Below are positions 9,838-20,400 of a stretch of DNA of 64,000 bases, in pieces. Position numbers and translations under genes: made by a program. The DNA comes from a virus. Taxonomy: Duplodnaviria > Caudoviricetes. The stretch covers positions 831 through 64,830 of IMG/VR virus record IMGVR_UViG_3300006810_000046. One strand, 5' to 3'. The notes under the pieces were generated by a model that made no database searches, was not told the origin of the DNA, and saw nothing but the letters and a program-made list of their open reading frames with translations. Numbering within the stretch: the stretch's first letter is position 1; each line of letters opens with the position of its first letter.

Positions 9838-12800
9838 ATGGCTGAACAGACTTTTAAGTCCCCAGGTTTTTTTAATACTGAAACCGTAAAGGAAAGAGAT
9901 CAAAACCTTGAACAAGCTATCACAACTGTACCTGCCGGGATTGTTGGATTTTCTGAGAAAGGTCCCGCATTTGTACCTACAACAGTGCACAGTTATGAAA
10001 GTTTTGTTGAGATTTTTGGTGAAGCAAGACCAGAGTATCCGTCGACTTTGGCGGTAAAAAAATATTTAGAAAATAGAGACGCGTTAACTTTTGTTAGAGT
10101 TCTTGGTGCAGGAGCCAATACAATATCTTCACACTTTTTAGATACAGAAACATTTGGAACAGTTCAAAACGGAGGTTTCATATTAACCTCATCAGGAGAC
10201 CAGGACGATTCAGGAAAAAATGCTTTTGGAGAAGTACAGTTTATATGTGCTGAACATGATATTGCAACAGAAGAAGCCAATGGCTATCCTGTTTTTGCAT
10301 CTAATAACACAACGTTATCCAGCGATGCTTTTCTTGTAAGAGGAATGCTAATGACAACGTCAGGTTCAAAATTCACGCTAGTTGACTATAATGGAAGCTT
10401 TGATCCAGCCTCAAACAATGATTTTTCTGGATGTACATTTGGAAGGGACACAACAGACGAAATGTACGGAAAGTTTAAGCTTATTCTTACTTCAAGTGAT
10501 AATTCACTAGGAACAGTTGATGGTTTCAAAGGTGCAAAAGTATTCTCTGCCTCTTTAAATCCGTCTGATGATGCTTATATTGCAAAAGTCTTAAATACAG
10601 ATCCTTCAAGATTTCAAGATGATAAACATTTGCTTTACGCTCATTTTCCTGTTGAAAATGAAATTGCTTCTATTCCAACAAATTCTAGCAATATAACAGA
10701 CGGTAATGATATCGGTATTGGTCTACTAAGTGGTTCTGCTGGTATGTCAGCTGTTTCAGGAAAAGCGTTTTCTGAAATGTTTGGAAACTTTAAATCAAGA
10801 TATCAAGCACCAAGAACTACATCTTTTATATCACAGCCTTTTGGAAATGTTGAATATGATTTGTTTCATTTTGAATGCATTGATGACGGATCTCACGCTA
10901 ATAACTTGTTTAAGGTTTCAATTACAAACATTAGAAAACCCAAGGATTTTGAAGATCCTTATCCTACTTTTAATGTTGAATTACGTGTAAAAAGAGATTT
11001 AGACACTTCACCGCAAGTAATTGAAAGTTATGTAGGTTGCAATCTAAATCCAAATAGCGAAAACTTTATTGCTAGTAAAATAGGTGATATGAAGCTAGTT
11101 TACAATTTTGACACAACAGACCCAGCAGAAAGAAGACTTCTTGTAAAAGGAACATATCCTAATGTTTCATCTAGAATAAGAGTGGTTCTATCTAACAGTA
11201 TTATTAACGAGGACGCGCCTAAAGAAGCAGCTCCTTTTGGATTTAGAGGTTTGCCACTCATTAAGACTTTTGGTGAAGAGCCAAATAGAGAAAATCTAGA
11301 CTTGGGACTACTAAATGGAGACTCTAGGTTTGTAAAGATAAACACCTCAGCTGGGCAAAAAGATGTTTTGTCAGGATCTATTCTTCCTCCTGTTCCTTTT
11401 AGGTTTAAGCTTACAATGGGCGAGGCGCTTTCATCACCTGGCTACACGGGTCACGGATCGATTAAAGAGTCAGCAATTAAAGATTTAAGATGGGGAATTC
11501 AATTTGAAAGGATTCCAAGAGAAGGAGAAATATCCAACCCAGTAAAAAGACCGAATGAGTCAATCATCTATAACGATCTTCTTGATAATTATTCAAAGTT
11601 TCTTGGGATATCAGGATTAGATACACTTTTAACAGGTTCGGGTGCAGATGACTTTCACAGTAACAAGTTTACACTGTCAAGAGTCGCACTAGGAAAACAC
11701 ATATTAACACCTGATCCCCAAACTGTTAGTGGATACACAGCACTACTAACAGGTTCAGCAAGGGATCTTATGAGAGATTCTGCGTATATAAGAAATGCAT
11801 CTCTTAATGCGGGTGACTATACTTTTAGAGATACATCATATAGCGGAACTAAAACAAGATTAACTCTTGCATCACTTTATGCTCTAACATCTTCTGTTTA
11901 CTTTAACAGACTCTCAGAATACGCTGGGTTTACTAATATGTTTTACGGCGGATTTGATGGTCTTAATATTTTAGACTCTGATATGGCAGTTATGAACGAT
12001 AGAGCGTCATCAGCAGATGATGGAGGAAAAGGAAAGAATTCTCCAGATATTGGTCTAACTATGAACTTTGGGTCAGGAGAATCTAACTCAATTGTAAACT
12101 CATATAAAGAGGCAGTTAACCTCTTAACAGATCCAGCTCAATCAAGGATAAATGTGCTTTGTATTCCAGGCATCAGATCTGACGAGCTTCTTTCCCATGC
12201 CATTGAAAGGGTAGAAGAGTATTCAAAAGCAATATTGCTTATGGATGTTGCTCATGTTGATAAAAATAGTATTCGAATTTATGAAGATTCAAAAAATCTA
12301 ACGCATGTTAGAAATACTGTTGAAGACTTTGTAAGCAAAAACTATGACTCTTCCTATGCAGCTGCTTATTTTCCTGATATTGTAATGGAAGATAATGGAA
12401 AAAGATTCCAAGCACCAGCTTCAATTGCAGCGCTTGCAGCAATCGGATACAATGATAATACATCGTTTCCGTGGTTTGCTCCTGCTGGATTTAATCGAGG
12501 GGCGTTAGGGTTTGTAAATAGCACACGAGCAAGACTAAATAAAGAAGAAAGAGACATTGTATACGAAGGAAGAATTAATCCAATTGCTTCTTTTCCAAAG
12601 AGCGGTCATGTCATTTTTGGGCAAAAAACACTACAAAGAGCAAGAACTTCTTTGGATAGAGTAAATGTTAGAAGAATGCTACTTGAAGTTAAAAGAGTTG
12701 TCTCTGACGTTTCTATTGGTTTTATATTTGAAGCCAATACTCCTGAGGTTCGATCATCCTTTAAAAAGAGAATTGATGATCAATTGCTATCAGTTCAAGA

Positions 12801-12969
12801 AAATCAAGGAATTGATCAGTTTAAGGTGATTATGGACTCTACAAATAATACACAGGCGGATATTGATAACAACGTTTTAAATGGAAGAATTGTTTTGGTG
12901 CCTACTAGAACCATCGAGTTTATTTCAATTGATTTTGTTATTTCTAATTCAGGTGTCGATTTTATCTAA
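9838..12969 (+). CDS. Tail sheath protein 1
   Basis: N-terminal FKSPG...GPAFVPT. C-terminal WFAPAGFNRG, INPI, GQKTLQ...LDRVNVRRML and PTRTIEFI.IDF. Confidence 0.93.
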   Translation: MAEQTFKSPGFFNTETVKERDQNLEQAITTVPAGIVGFSEKGPAFVPTTVHSYESFVEIFGEARPEYPSTLAVKKYLENRDALTFVRVLGAGANTISSHFLDTETFGTVQNGGFILTSSGDQDDSGKNAFGEVQFICAEHDIATEEANGYPVFASNNTTLSSDAFLVRGMLMTTSGSKFTLVDYNGSFDPASNNDFSGCTFGRDTTDEMYGKFKLILTSSDNSLGTVDGFKGAKVFSASLNPSDDAYIAKVLNTDPSRFQDDKHLLYAHFPVENEIASIPTNSSNITDGNDIGIGLLSGSAGMSAVSGKAFSEMFGNFKSRYQAPRTTSFISQPFGNVEYDLFHFECIDDGSHANNLFKVSITNIRKPKDFEDPYPTFNVELRVKRDLDTSPQVIESYVGCNLNPNSENFIASKIGDMKLVYNFDTTDPAERRLLVKGTYPNVSSRIRVVLSNSIINEDAPKEAAPFGFRGLPLIKTFGEEPNRENLDLGLLNGDSRFVKINTSAGQKDVLSGSILPPVPFRFKLTMGEALSSPGYTGHGSIKESAIKDLRWGIQFERIPREGEISNPVKRPNESIIYNDLLDNYSKFLGISGLDTLLTGSGADDFHSNKFTLSRVALGKHILTPDPQTVSGYTALLTGSARDLMRDSAYIRNASLNAGDYTFRDTSYSGTKTRLTLASLYALTSSVYFNRLSEYAGFTNMFYGGFDGLNILDSDMAVMNDRASSADDGGKGKNSPDIGLTMNFGSGESNSIVNSYKEAVNLLTDPAQSRINVLCIPGIRSDELLSHAIERVEEYSKAILLMDVAHVDKNSIRIYEDSKNLTHVRNTVEDFVSKNYDSSYAAAYFPDIVMEDNGKRFQAPASIAALAAIGYNDNTSFPWFAPAGFNRGALGFVNSTRARLNKEERDIVYEGRINPIASFPKSGHVIFGQKTLQRARTSLDRVNVRRMLLEVKRVVSDVSIGFIFEANTPEVRSSFKKRIDDQLLSVQENQGIDQFKVIMDSTNNTQADIDNNVLNGRIVLVPTRTIEFISIDFVISNSGVDFI

Positions 12970-12995
12970 TATATATTCAAAACGAGGAAGTTTAA

Positions 12996-15900
12996 ATGAG
13001 TGAGAAAATTACAAGACTTAGTGCAGGTGTAAAAGCCAATGAAATTGACCTTTCAGCAGTTACAGCACCTCCCCCAGTTACCCCTGAAGGTGTTCCTGCC
13101 GGAGTTATTGGAACAGCTAAAAGTGGACCTGCTTTTGTTCCTGTGACTGTTCCAAATAGTTCTGAACTGATTAGTATATTTGGAGATTCAAAAGGCGATG
13201 AATTTGGGCCTATAGCTCTAAGAGAGTGGCTTAAAAATTCGTCAGCAGGTACATATATTAGAGTTTTAGGCGCAGGAGACGGAAAAGAAAAAGCAGGAGA
13301 CGGAATTGTTACTAATGCTGGATTTGTCGTAGGGGATAAACAAGTACAGGCAGATGGTGATATCGGAAACAACCCATATGCAAATGGTTCAACGCCTATT
13401 CAAACAACTTCCAGAACATATTTTGTTGGAACACTCATGTCTGAATCTCTTGGCTCTACGTATTTATCAGATGCAGGAATACAAAACAAAAGTTCAAATG
13501 GCTATGCTTCTTTAACTAATGCAATTCAGCTAAGTGGTCTACCTACAACAGTTGAAGTTATTGATATAACAATACCGACTGGTTACGGAGATGACGCAGG
13601 AAAAACTTTTAATCTTAGAATTGTAGGTGCCGGGACAATTGGTACTCCTGGCGCAAATGAAATCTTAATTCAGGCAGATACAAATGCTGCAACAACAGTT
13701 GATAATATTGTTTTAGCATTTAATGGAACATCTGATACGGCAAAAGTTAAATATGGATCCAATGTTGCAGATGGAGAAACTAACGGAATTGATTCAATAA
13801 CAGCAACAGACGCTGGTGATAATGTGACGCTGACAGCTGACATTGCTGGTGAACTAGGAAACAGTATTGCTCTTGTAGAAAACGGTAGTTCATTTGTTGT
13901 AGTTTCTTTATTAGCAGGATCTTTATCTGGTGGATTTGACGGTGGTCCTGCTGTCCCAATTCTTAGAGGCATTGTTTTTGCCCCTCAAGGAATAAATCTG
14001 AAAATAAAATCAGATGCTAGTTTTAGTACAGCTGGACTTGCAACAAATCCTACTGCTACTGCTGATGCTACAATTGCAGGTCCAGTTGGTTGCTCAACCG
14101 GTTCCGTTGAAAACGGGCATCAATCAACACTTTTCTTAAACGGATTAAAAAGCGATGATGCAAACGAAAGAGCGATTCAGTTTTCATTTGATCCTGACTC
14201 TCCTCAATATCTTTCAAATGTTTTAAACACAGATCCTTTAAAAATAGAAGAAAAAGGACACTACCTTTATGCAGATTTTCCTGTCTATAGATCACAGGCA
14301 GTGGCAACAGGAAGTGGATGCCTAGTTCCAGGAGGTTACTCTTTAACAGGCGAGCCTATTGCATTTTTGCTAACCGGCTCAAATAGCAGAGCTGCAGGAT
14401 CAGAAACGCAACCTGATTTTGAAACATTTTCAAATAGATACCAAACAGCTTTTTCTCCTATGTTTATATCTCAAAAGAGCATGGGAACAAGACAAAATCT
14501 TTTTAGAGTTACAGCGCTTTCTGATGGGTTGGGTCCTTCAACTCAGTTTAAAGTTTGCATACAAAACATTAAGCCTTCAACAGATCCACAATATGAATAT
14601 CCTTCATTTGATTTAGTTGTAAGAGACTTTAATGATACAGACATCAACCCAGTTGTTCTTGAGTCATTTTCTAATCTAAAGCTTGATCCTAACTCTGATC
14701 GCTATATATGTAGAGTAATAGGAGACCAAAAGATTAGATTTAACTTTGACGAAGCAAATGAATCTCAGTCAATTGTAGTTGAAGGAGAATACTCCAATAG
14801 AAGTAAATACATTAGAATCGAACCTAGTGATAAACTTAAGGCTGGAGAAATAACTGCTAATGCCGCACCGTTTGGTTTTAGAGGTCATTATCACTTGCAA
14901 ACATCAGGATCTGCACTTTCATTACCTGATGAAAGAAACAATGCAGGTGTTATTGCTTCTGGCTCTATTGGAGACTATATTGTTCAACCACCTATTCCAA
15001 TGATTCAAAAGCTAACAGTTGGAGCTGGCTCTGCAGCTAAACTAAACACAAGTATTTATTGGGGACCTCAATTTACAAAAGTACAGTCTGTTTCTGATCC
15101 CAATAAGTCTTTTGTTAATGTTAATTCAATTTACAACTTTACAAAATACTTTGGAGACTTTAGAGAAGGGTTAGCAAATATGTGGGTAGGTGATAACGAA
15201 GGAGCAGCAAACAATGACAATCTTGGTTTAGTTGACGCTGATCTTTTTAATCACAACATGTTTGCACTCGACAAGATTAAAATTGTAACAGGATCAGATC
15301 AAATTGCAGATCCAAGAAAATGGAGTGAAGCTGTTTATGTTAGAAACGGATCTATTACTAATGATCCTAATTCTGCAGAAAAGACAAGAGAGATTCAACT
15401 TAAAGACTTTGGAAAAACTGCTAATAGAAAATACGGTAAGTTTACATGCTTCTTGCAGGGTGGTTTTGACGGAGTTAATATCTTTGATGAAGAGAAATCA
15501 AAACTTTCAGATGTAGCAGCTCATAGAGAGTTTTCTAATGAGTCAACCCAGGGTGGTGTAAACGGTCCTACCGTTGCATCCTACAGAAAGGCTATTGATA
15601 TTATGGCAACTGATACTGATGTTGATATTCAACTATTGGCAATACCTGGGCAAAGAAACCAAGGTGTAACTGACTATGCAATATCAGCAGTTGAATCAAG
15701 ATTTGATTCAATGTACATTATGGACCTTGAGCAAAAAGACGAGTCAGACGCAGTTGTTACAGGTTCTTTACAAAAAGTAAATATTGCAAATACAATATCG
15801 GGCCTTAAAAATAGAGGGGCTAATACTTCTTTTGCTGCAACTTATTTCCCTGACGTTATAATCAGACACCCAGACAGAGCTACCAATTTAACGGTTCCAC

Positions 15901-16448
15901 CTAGCGTCGTAGCATTAGGTGCATTTTCAAAAAATGATACACTAGGTCAGCCCTGGTTTGCTCCTGCAGGTTTCAATAGAACAACTCTATCAAATGTTAT
16001 AGAAAGTACAATGGTTTTAAAACAGGAGAATCTTGATTCTTTATATGACACAAAGATAAATCCAATAACAGCTTTCTCAGGCACAAGTCTTGTTATATGG
16101 GGTCAAAAGACATTACAGCAGGCAGCTAATGCTCTGGATCGCATTAATGTGAGAAGGCTTTTAATAGAAATCAGAAGACTTATTAGAGATGCATCAAACC
16201 AGATTATCTTTGAGCCAAACAGGGAAGAAACACTTGTTAAGTTTAGAAACTTAGTCAACCCAATTTTGCAAAATGTTCAAGAAAACCAAGGTTTAACAAG
16301 GTACAAGGTTGTTATTGATACAACTACTACAACTCAGGCAGATGTTGAAAACAATACAATTAGAGGGAAGATCATACTTCAACCTACGAAAACAATTGAA
16401 TTTGTTGCACTTGATTTTGTTGTTACAAATAACGGAACTGAAATTTAA
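12996..16448 (+). CDS. Tail sheath protein 2
   Basis: SAGV...GPAFVP, WFAPAGFNR, WGQKTLQ...LDRINVRRLL and PTKTIEFVALDF. Carries an extra insertion at about 13490-13950. Confidence 0.93.
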   Translation: MSEKITRLSAGVKANEIDLSAVTAPPPVTPEGVPAGVIGTAKSGPAFVPVTVPNSSELISIFGDSKGDEFGPIALREWLKNSSAGTYIRVLGAGDGKEKAGDGIVTNAGFVVGDKQVQADGDIGNNPYANGSTPIQTTSRTYFVGTLMSESLGSTYLSDAGIQNKSSNGYASLTNAIQLSGLPTTVEVIDITIPTGYGDDAGKTFNLRIVGAGTIGTPGANEILIQADTNAATTVDNIVLAFNGTSDTAKVKYGSNVADGETNGIDSITATDAGDNVTLTADIAGELGNSIALVENGSSFVVVSLLAGSLSGGFDGGPAVPILRGIVFAPQGINLKIKSDASFSTAGLATNPTATADATIAGPVGCSTGSVENGHQSTLFLNGLKSDDANERAIQFSFDPDSPQYLSNVLNTDPLKIEEKGHYLYADFPVYRSQAVATGSGCLVPGGYSLTGEPIAFLLTGSNSRAAGSETQPDFETFSNRYQTAFSPMFISQKSMGTRQNLFRVTALSDGLGPSTQFKVCIQNIKPSTDPQYEYPSFDLVVRDFNDTDINPVVLESFSNLKLDPNSDRYICRVIGDQKIRFNFDEANESQSIVVEGEYSNRSKYIRIEPSDKLKAGEITANAAPFGFRGHYHLQTSGSALSLPDERNNAGVIASGSIGDYIVQPPIPMIQKLTVGAGSAAKLNTSIYWGPQFTKVQSVSDPNKSFVNVNSIYNFTKYFGDFREGLANMWVGDNEGAANNDNLGLVDADLFNHNMFALDKIKIVTGSDQIADPRKWSEAVYVRNGSITNDPNSAEKTREIQLKDFGKTANRKYGKFTCFLQGGFDGVNIFDEEKSKLSDVAAHREFSNESTQGGVNGPTVASYRKAIDIMATDTDVDIQLLAIPGQRNQGVTDYAISAVESRFDSMYIMDLEQKDESDAVVTGSLQKVNIANTISGLKNRGANTSFAATYFPDVIIRHPDRATNLTVPPSVVALGAFSKNDTLGQPWFAPAGFNRTTLSNVIESTMVLKQENLDSLYDTKINPITAFSGTSLVIWGQKTLQQAANALDRINVRRLLIEIRRLIRDASNQIIFEPNREETLVKFRNLVNPILQNVQENQGLTRYKVVIDTTTTTQADVENNTIRGKIILQPTKTIEFVALDFVVTNNGTEI

Positions 16449-16503
16449 AAGAAAATCTTTAGAAGCTTATACTTATTAATGTAAACAATTATCGGAGGAT
16501 AAA

Positions 16504-16995
16504 ATGGCTGAGACGCTTTCAGTGGTAGATATGCTACCAAACAAATTTGAACCAAAAAGACAATATAGATGGGTTTTCTCTATTGAAGGTATTGATGCCT
16601 TTTTAATGAAATCTGCAAGTAGGCCTTCATATACCATTGGTGAAACAACAATTAACTTTATTAATTCAAAAAGATACCTTGCAGGAAAGTTGACATTTGG
16701 TAATATTTCTGTTAACCTTCATGACCCCATTGCACCTTCTGGTGCGCAACAGGTAATGGAGTGGATTAGAACTCATGCTGAGTCTGTTTCAGGTAGAACA
16801 GGATACGCTGATTTTTATAAAAGAGATTGTCAAATTAAAATGCTAGACCCAGTTGGTACTGTTGTTGAGTTGTGGGACATCAAGGGTGCATTTATCACTT
16901 CAGCAAACTTTGGATCGCTTTCTTATGACGATGATGCATCACCTATGGGAATTGACTTAACACTTCGTTTTGATAACTGCGTACTTCAATATTAA
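16504..16995 (+). CDS. Tail tube protein, gp19-like
   Basis: 163 aa after the sheaths. Motifs FEPKRQYRW, YKRD..IKMLDP.G..VE.W.IKGAF and LTLRFD. Confidence 0.88.
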   Translation: MAETLSVVDMLPNKFEPKRQYRWVFSIEGIDAFLMKSASRPSYTIGETTINFINSKRYLAGKLTFGNISVNLHDPIAPSGAQQVMEWIRTHAESVSGRTGYADFYKRDCQIKMLDPVGTVVELWDIKGAFITSANFGSLSYDDDASPMGIDLTLRFDNCVLQY

Positions 16996-17048
16996 TTTTA
17001 CACTATGCTTTAATTTGTTATTGTTAATAATAAACCCACTGGAGACGT

Positions 17049-17903
17049 ATGAGAGAGTCTAATAAAATATTTTCACAAGGCATTAATAGTAACGAAGTTC
17101 AATCTCAAAATGTAAGAGATGTTTCTAAAGAAGATTTTGGATGGGAAGTACCTGTTGAATTAGTACCAGTACCGTCTGAAGGTCTTGTTTACAGTAGAGA
17201 ATCAGGTCTTTTTGGTGTAAAAGGGCTTGAGATTAAATCAATGACTGCTAGAGAAGAAGACATTTTAACAAGTAGAGCTCTTATCAAGAAAGGAACTGTT
17301 ATCTCTGAGCTTGTTAGGGCATGTCTTATTAATAAAAATGTAGATGTAAGAAATATGCTGGTAGGTGACCGTGATGCTTTGATGGTATCAATTAGAATCA
17401 CAGGTTATGGATCTTCATATAATGCATCAGTTGATTGCCCGTCATGCGGTACTTCTCATAAAGATCATGAATTTGATCTTTCTGAGCTGGCAATTAAAAG
17501 ATTAGAATTAAATCCTGTTTCAGAGGGTGTCAACGAGTTTGAATTTGATTTACCTGTTTCTAAAAAGAAGGTGACATTTAAATTTCTAACAGTTAATGAC
17601 GATGATACAATGAATACAGAGAGAGAGCGTAAGCAACAACTGTTTGGAAGTGATTATATTGCTGGCACTGTAACAGAGGCACTTAATGCTCACATCGTTT
17701 CTGTTGACGGAATCAGAGACAGGTCCAAAATATCAATGTTTGTTAACAAAATGCCAGCATTGGACTCAGCAAAATTAAGAAAATACATTGCTGAAAACAA
17801 ACCTGGGTTGGATATGTCAGCACAGTTAAGGTGTCAAAATTGCAATTCTACAAATCGAATAGACTTACCACTCGGGATCTCTTTTTTTTGGCCTGCCCTA
17901 TAA
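17049..17903 (+). CDS. Tail/baseplate assembly chaperone (gp26-like) with two CxxC motifs
   Basis: VPVPSEG..Y, MTAREEDILT, GDRDALMV.IRITGYG, CPSC and CQNC; ends FFWPAL*. Confidence 0.75.
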   Translation: MRESNKIFSQGINSNEVQSQNVRDVSKEDFGWEVPVELVPVPSEGLVYSRESGLFGVKGLEIKSMTAREEDILTSRALIKKGTVISELVRACLINKNVDVRNMLVGDRDALMVSIRITGYGSSYNASVDCPSCGTSHKDHEFDLSELAIKRLELNPVSEGVNEFEFDLPVSKKKVTFKFLTVNDDDTMNTERERKQQLFGSDYIAGTVTEALNAHIVSVDGIRDRSKISMFVNKMPALDSAKLRKYIAENKPGLDMSAQLRCQNCNSTNRIDLPLGISFFWPAL

Positions 17904-18132
17904 TTACAAAGAGATAACACTAGAATATTTCTACTTTTTGCAAAAAAACCTTGGAATGTCCTATACGGAAATAAGAAATCTTCCTGTCAGATATCGTAGT
18001 TGGTATATAAATAGAATTATGGACGATTTCAAAAAACAAAAAGAAGCACTTGAAAAACAGTCAGGTTCTGTTGAGCTTAAGCGACCAGAGCCTGTTGTTG
18101 AAAAAATGTTTAAGAGCTTTTCCAAGGAGTAA
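17881..18132 (+). CDS. Frameshifted C-terminal extension of the tail chaperone (lambda gpGT-like)
   Basis: The +1 frame is open through the T8 run (17882-89) and reads FFGLPYNYKEITLEYFYFLQKNLGMSYTEIRNLPVRYRSWY... It has no convincing ATG/RBS of its own and immediately precedes the tape measure gene. Confidence 0.7.
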   Translation, partial: LFFGLPYNYKEITLEYFYFLQKNLGMSYTEIRNLPVRYRSWYINRIMDDFKKQKEALEKQSGSVELKRPEPVVEKMFKSFSKE

Positions 18133-18134
18133 AA

Positions 18135-20240
18135 ATGCCTACTGATAAAGATATAGCAGCGGCGCTAAAACAAGTAGCAGCAGCTACAGAAAAGTCGACG
18201 ACAGAGTCAGAGAAGACACGAAAGCTTCTCGCTAAAATGGATAAAAAGCTAGGCAGCGGTGGTTATGATTCAGACGGAAAGTCTTCTGGGTCTAGCAGTT
18301 ATAGAAGTTCAACTAAGTCTAGTTTTGCTGAAGCTTTTGATTCAATGGGAGACAGTGGTAAGGATATATTTGAAACAAACTTAACTTCTTATATTAAAAC
18401 AGCTACATTAACATATGGTGGCTTAATAAACTACGCTGCTAGTGAAATTGAAAACGTTGCATCTGTAACAGCTAAGGTTCAGGCAGAGAATTTAACAAAA
18501 ATTGCGCTTGATGCATCAAAGGTAATTGGCGATAAAAGCATACAGACGCTGTATGGGAACGCAAATAAAATAAGACATGCACTTGCAGAAATATACAGTG
18601 AAAACTCTTATTTTCTTAATAAATTAGGTCAAGATTACGCGGACTCTGCTGACGCAGGTGCATCTGTTATGGCTGACGTGCTTGCTGTGAAAAAAGTATT
18701 GAGAATTAATGCAGGAGACTTTTCGAAAATTGTAGAAAATCAAATGTCTTCTTATAAGAAGTTTACTGCTGACATCTTTGAAGATATCGCCTTTTATGCT
18801 GAAGCTTATGCGTCAAGAACATCAGCTAGTATTTATCAAATAACAAATAATTTAACAAGGGCAGTTGCAGATTTTGATACTTTTGGTGGAGCAGCTCCAG
18901 AAAGCCTTGGTAAGTTAGCTGGGTTTTTAGGTGAGCTTAGAATGGACACAGAAACTGTTTCTTCTTTAATTGGAAAGATGCAGTCCTTTGAAGGCTCTGT
19001 TGGTGTTGTAAGAGAGTTGGCAGGAGCATTTCAAGCTGTTTTAGATCCTGCTGAGCTTATGAATAACGCATTTAATGACCCAGCAGAGGCTCTTAATTCA
19101 ATTAGAGAAGCAATGTTAGATGCAGGTCACTCAACAGAGTCACTTGGTCATAAAATAACTTATTTTGCAAAAACTGTAGGGATATCAACTGACGCTGCTA
19201 GACGGTTTTTAAATGGTCAAATTGATGCACAACAGGTTTTAGAAAATACTGTTAAAGCTTCTGAGAAGTCTGCCGAATCTGCTGCAAATGTTATTAGCAA
19301 GTACAATGACTCGGTTGTTGATAATAGGTCAATAAAAGAAACAATTGGCGACTTATATGAAACAAAATTAGAGACTAGTTTTAACAGCACTTTTAAGCTA
19401 ATTCAAGACTTTAGAACTGCTGCAAATCAGTTTATAAGTGAGAGAGGTGCTCTTTTAGATACAATGAGCCAGAGCTCTGCTGAGCAATTTGGAAATCTTA
19501 TAAATCAATATAGTTTTGGGGATTCTGCTGAAAAAAGAGCAGAAGCAAAAAAAGAGCTTGAAAAAATACTAAATGCTGAAAACTTACAAGGAGCTGCACA
19601 AAAGCAGGCTAAAGAGCTTTTAAAATATCTTAATAGCTCTGACATGGATGCTCAGGTTGGAGAGATGCAAAAGTATCTTGACGAAAAAGGAAAACTTTCG
19701 TATACTGCGACAATTAACACGGACGAGTCAATAAGGGCTATCGATATGATAGAGAGTTCTCCTGAGATGAAAAAGTTTATTGAGACGATGAAAAAACCTT
19801 ATGAGTACACAGAGACACATAGCGACTCAGATTTTGTAGCAGACACGAAAATAAATGTTAGAGACTACACGAAAGAGATTAAAAAGCTAACAAATGAAGA
19901 TGGACCTCTTGAATCTCTAAGGAAAAAACAAGAAACAGTCATGGTGGCAACTGCAAACCTAAAGGACGGATTTATCGATTTGGAAAAAAGTGCTGAGGAC
20001 TCAAAACAGGCAATTATAACAGCATTTGACGACATTATGCTTGATGTTGAAGATCCTAATGCAGCTCTAATAAAAGAAATACAAGGGTTGCGATCTGATT
20101 TAAAAGAAGTAAAATATGTTGCAGAGATTACTGACAAAGGTACTTATAATGTAGTCTTAGGGAATGAGTTTAAAAATGAAGTAGTTAAGATTTCTAATGA
20201 AGTGACATCAGAAGCATTTAAAGCAGCAGGAGTAATATGA
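18135..20240 (+). CDS. Tape measure protein (probable)
   Basis: 701-aa A/K/E-rich helical protein following the tube and chaperone genes. Confidence 0.65.
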   Translation: MPTDKDIAAALKQVAAATEKSTTESEKTRKLLAKMDKKLGSGGYDSDGKSSGSSSYRSSTKSSFAEAFDSMGDSGKDIFETNLTSYIKTATLTYGGLINYAASEIENVASVTAKVQAENLTKIALDASKVIGDKSIQTLYGNANKIRHALAEIYSENSYFLNKLGQDYADSADAGASVMADVLAVKKVLRINAGDFSKIVENQMSSYKKFTADIFEDIAFYAEAYASRTSASIYQITNNLTRAVADFDTFGGAAPESLGKLAGFLGELRMDTETVSSLIGKMQSFEGSVGVVRELAGAFQAVLDPAELMNNAFNDPAEALNSIREAMLDAGHSTESLGHKITYFAKTVGISTDAARRFLNGQIDAQQVLENTVKASEKSAESAANVISKYNDSVVDNRSIKETIGDLYETKLETSFNSTFKLIQDFRTAANQFISERGALLDTMSQSSAEQFGNLINQYSFGDSAEKRAEAKKELEKILNAENLQGAAQKQAKELLKYLNSSDMDAQVGEMQKYLDEKGKLSYTATINTDESIRAIDMIESSPEMKKFIETMKKPYEYTETHSDSDFVADTKINVRDYTKEIKKLTNEDGPLESLRKKQETVMVATANLKDGFIDLEKSAEDSKQAIITAFDDIMLDVEDPNAALIKEIQGLRSDLKEVKYVAEITDKGTYNVVLGNEFKNEVVKISNEVTSEAFKAAGVI

Positions 20241-20374
20241 AATACGAAAATATAATATCAGGAAAGCTTTTTAAGCTTTTAGAAAAGTTGGGCGTTGACA
20301 AAAAAGTAATTGATAAAGAAGAAAAGTTTTTTAATCGCTTTAAAAACGCGACAAAAAACTTAAAAAAACAATAA
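20237..20374 (+). CDS. Small basic hypothetical protein (45 aa, not in ORF track)
   Basis: ATGA overlap with the tape measure stop and RBS AGGAG. Reads MKYENIISGKLFKLLEKLGVDKKVIDKEEKFFNRFKNATKNLKKQ*. Confidence 0.5.
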   Translation: MKYENIISGKLFKLLEKLGVDKKVIDKEEKFFNRFKNATKNLKKQ

Positions 20375-20400
20375 TTATATTATAACAACAAGAGATAAGC

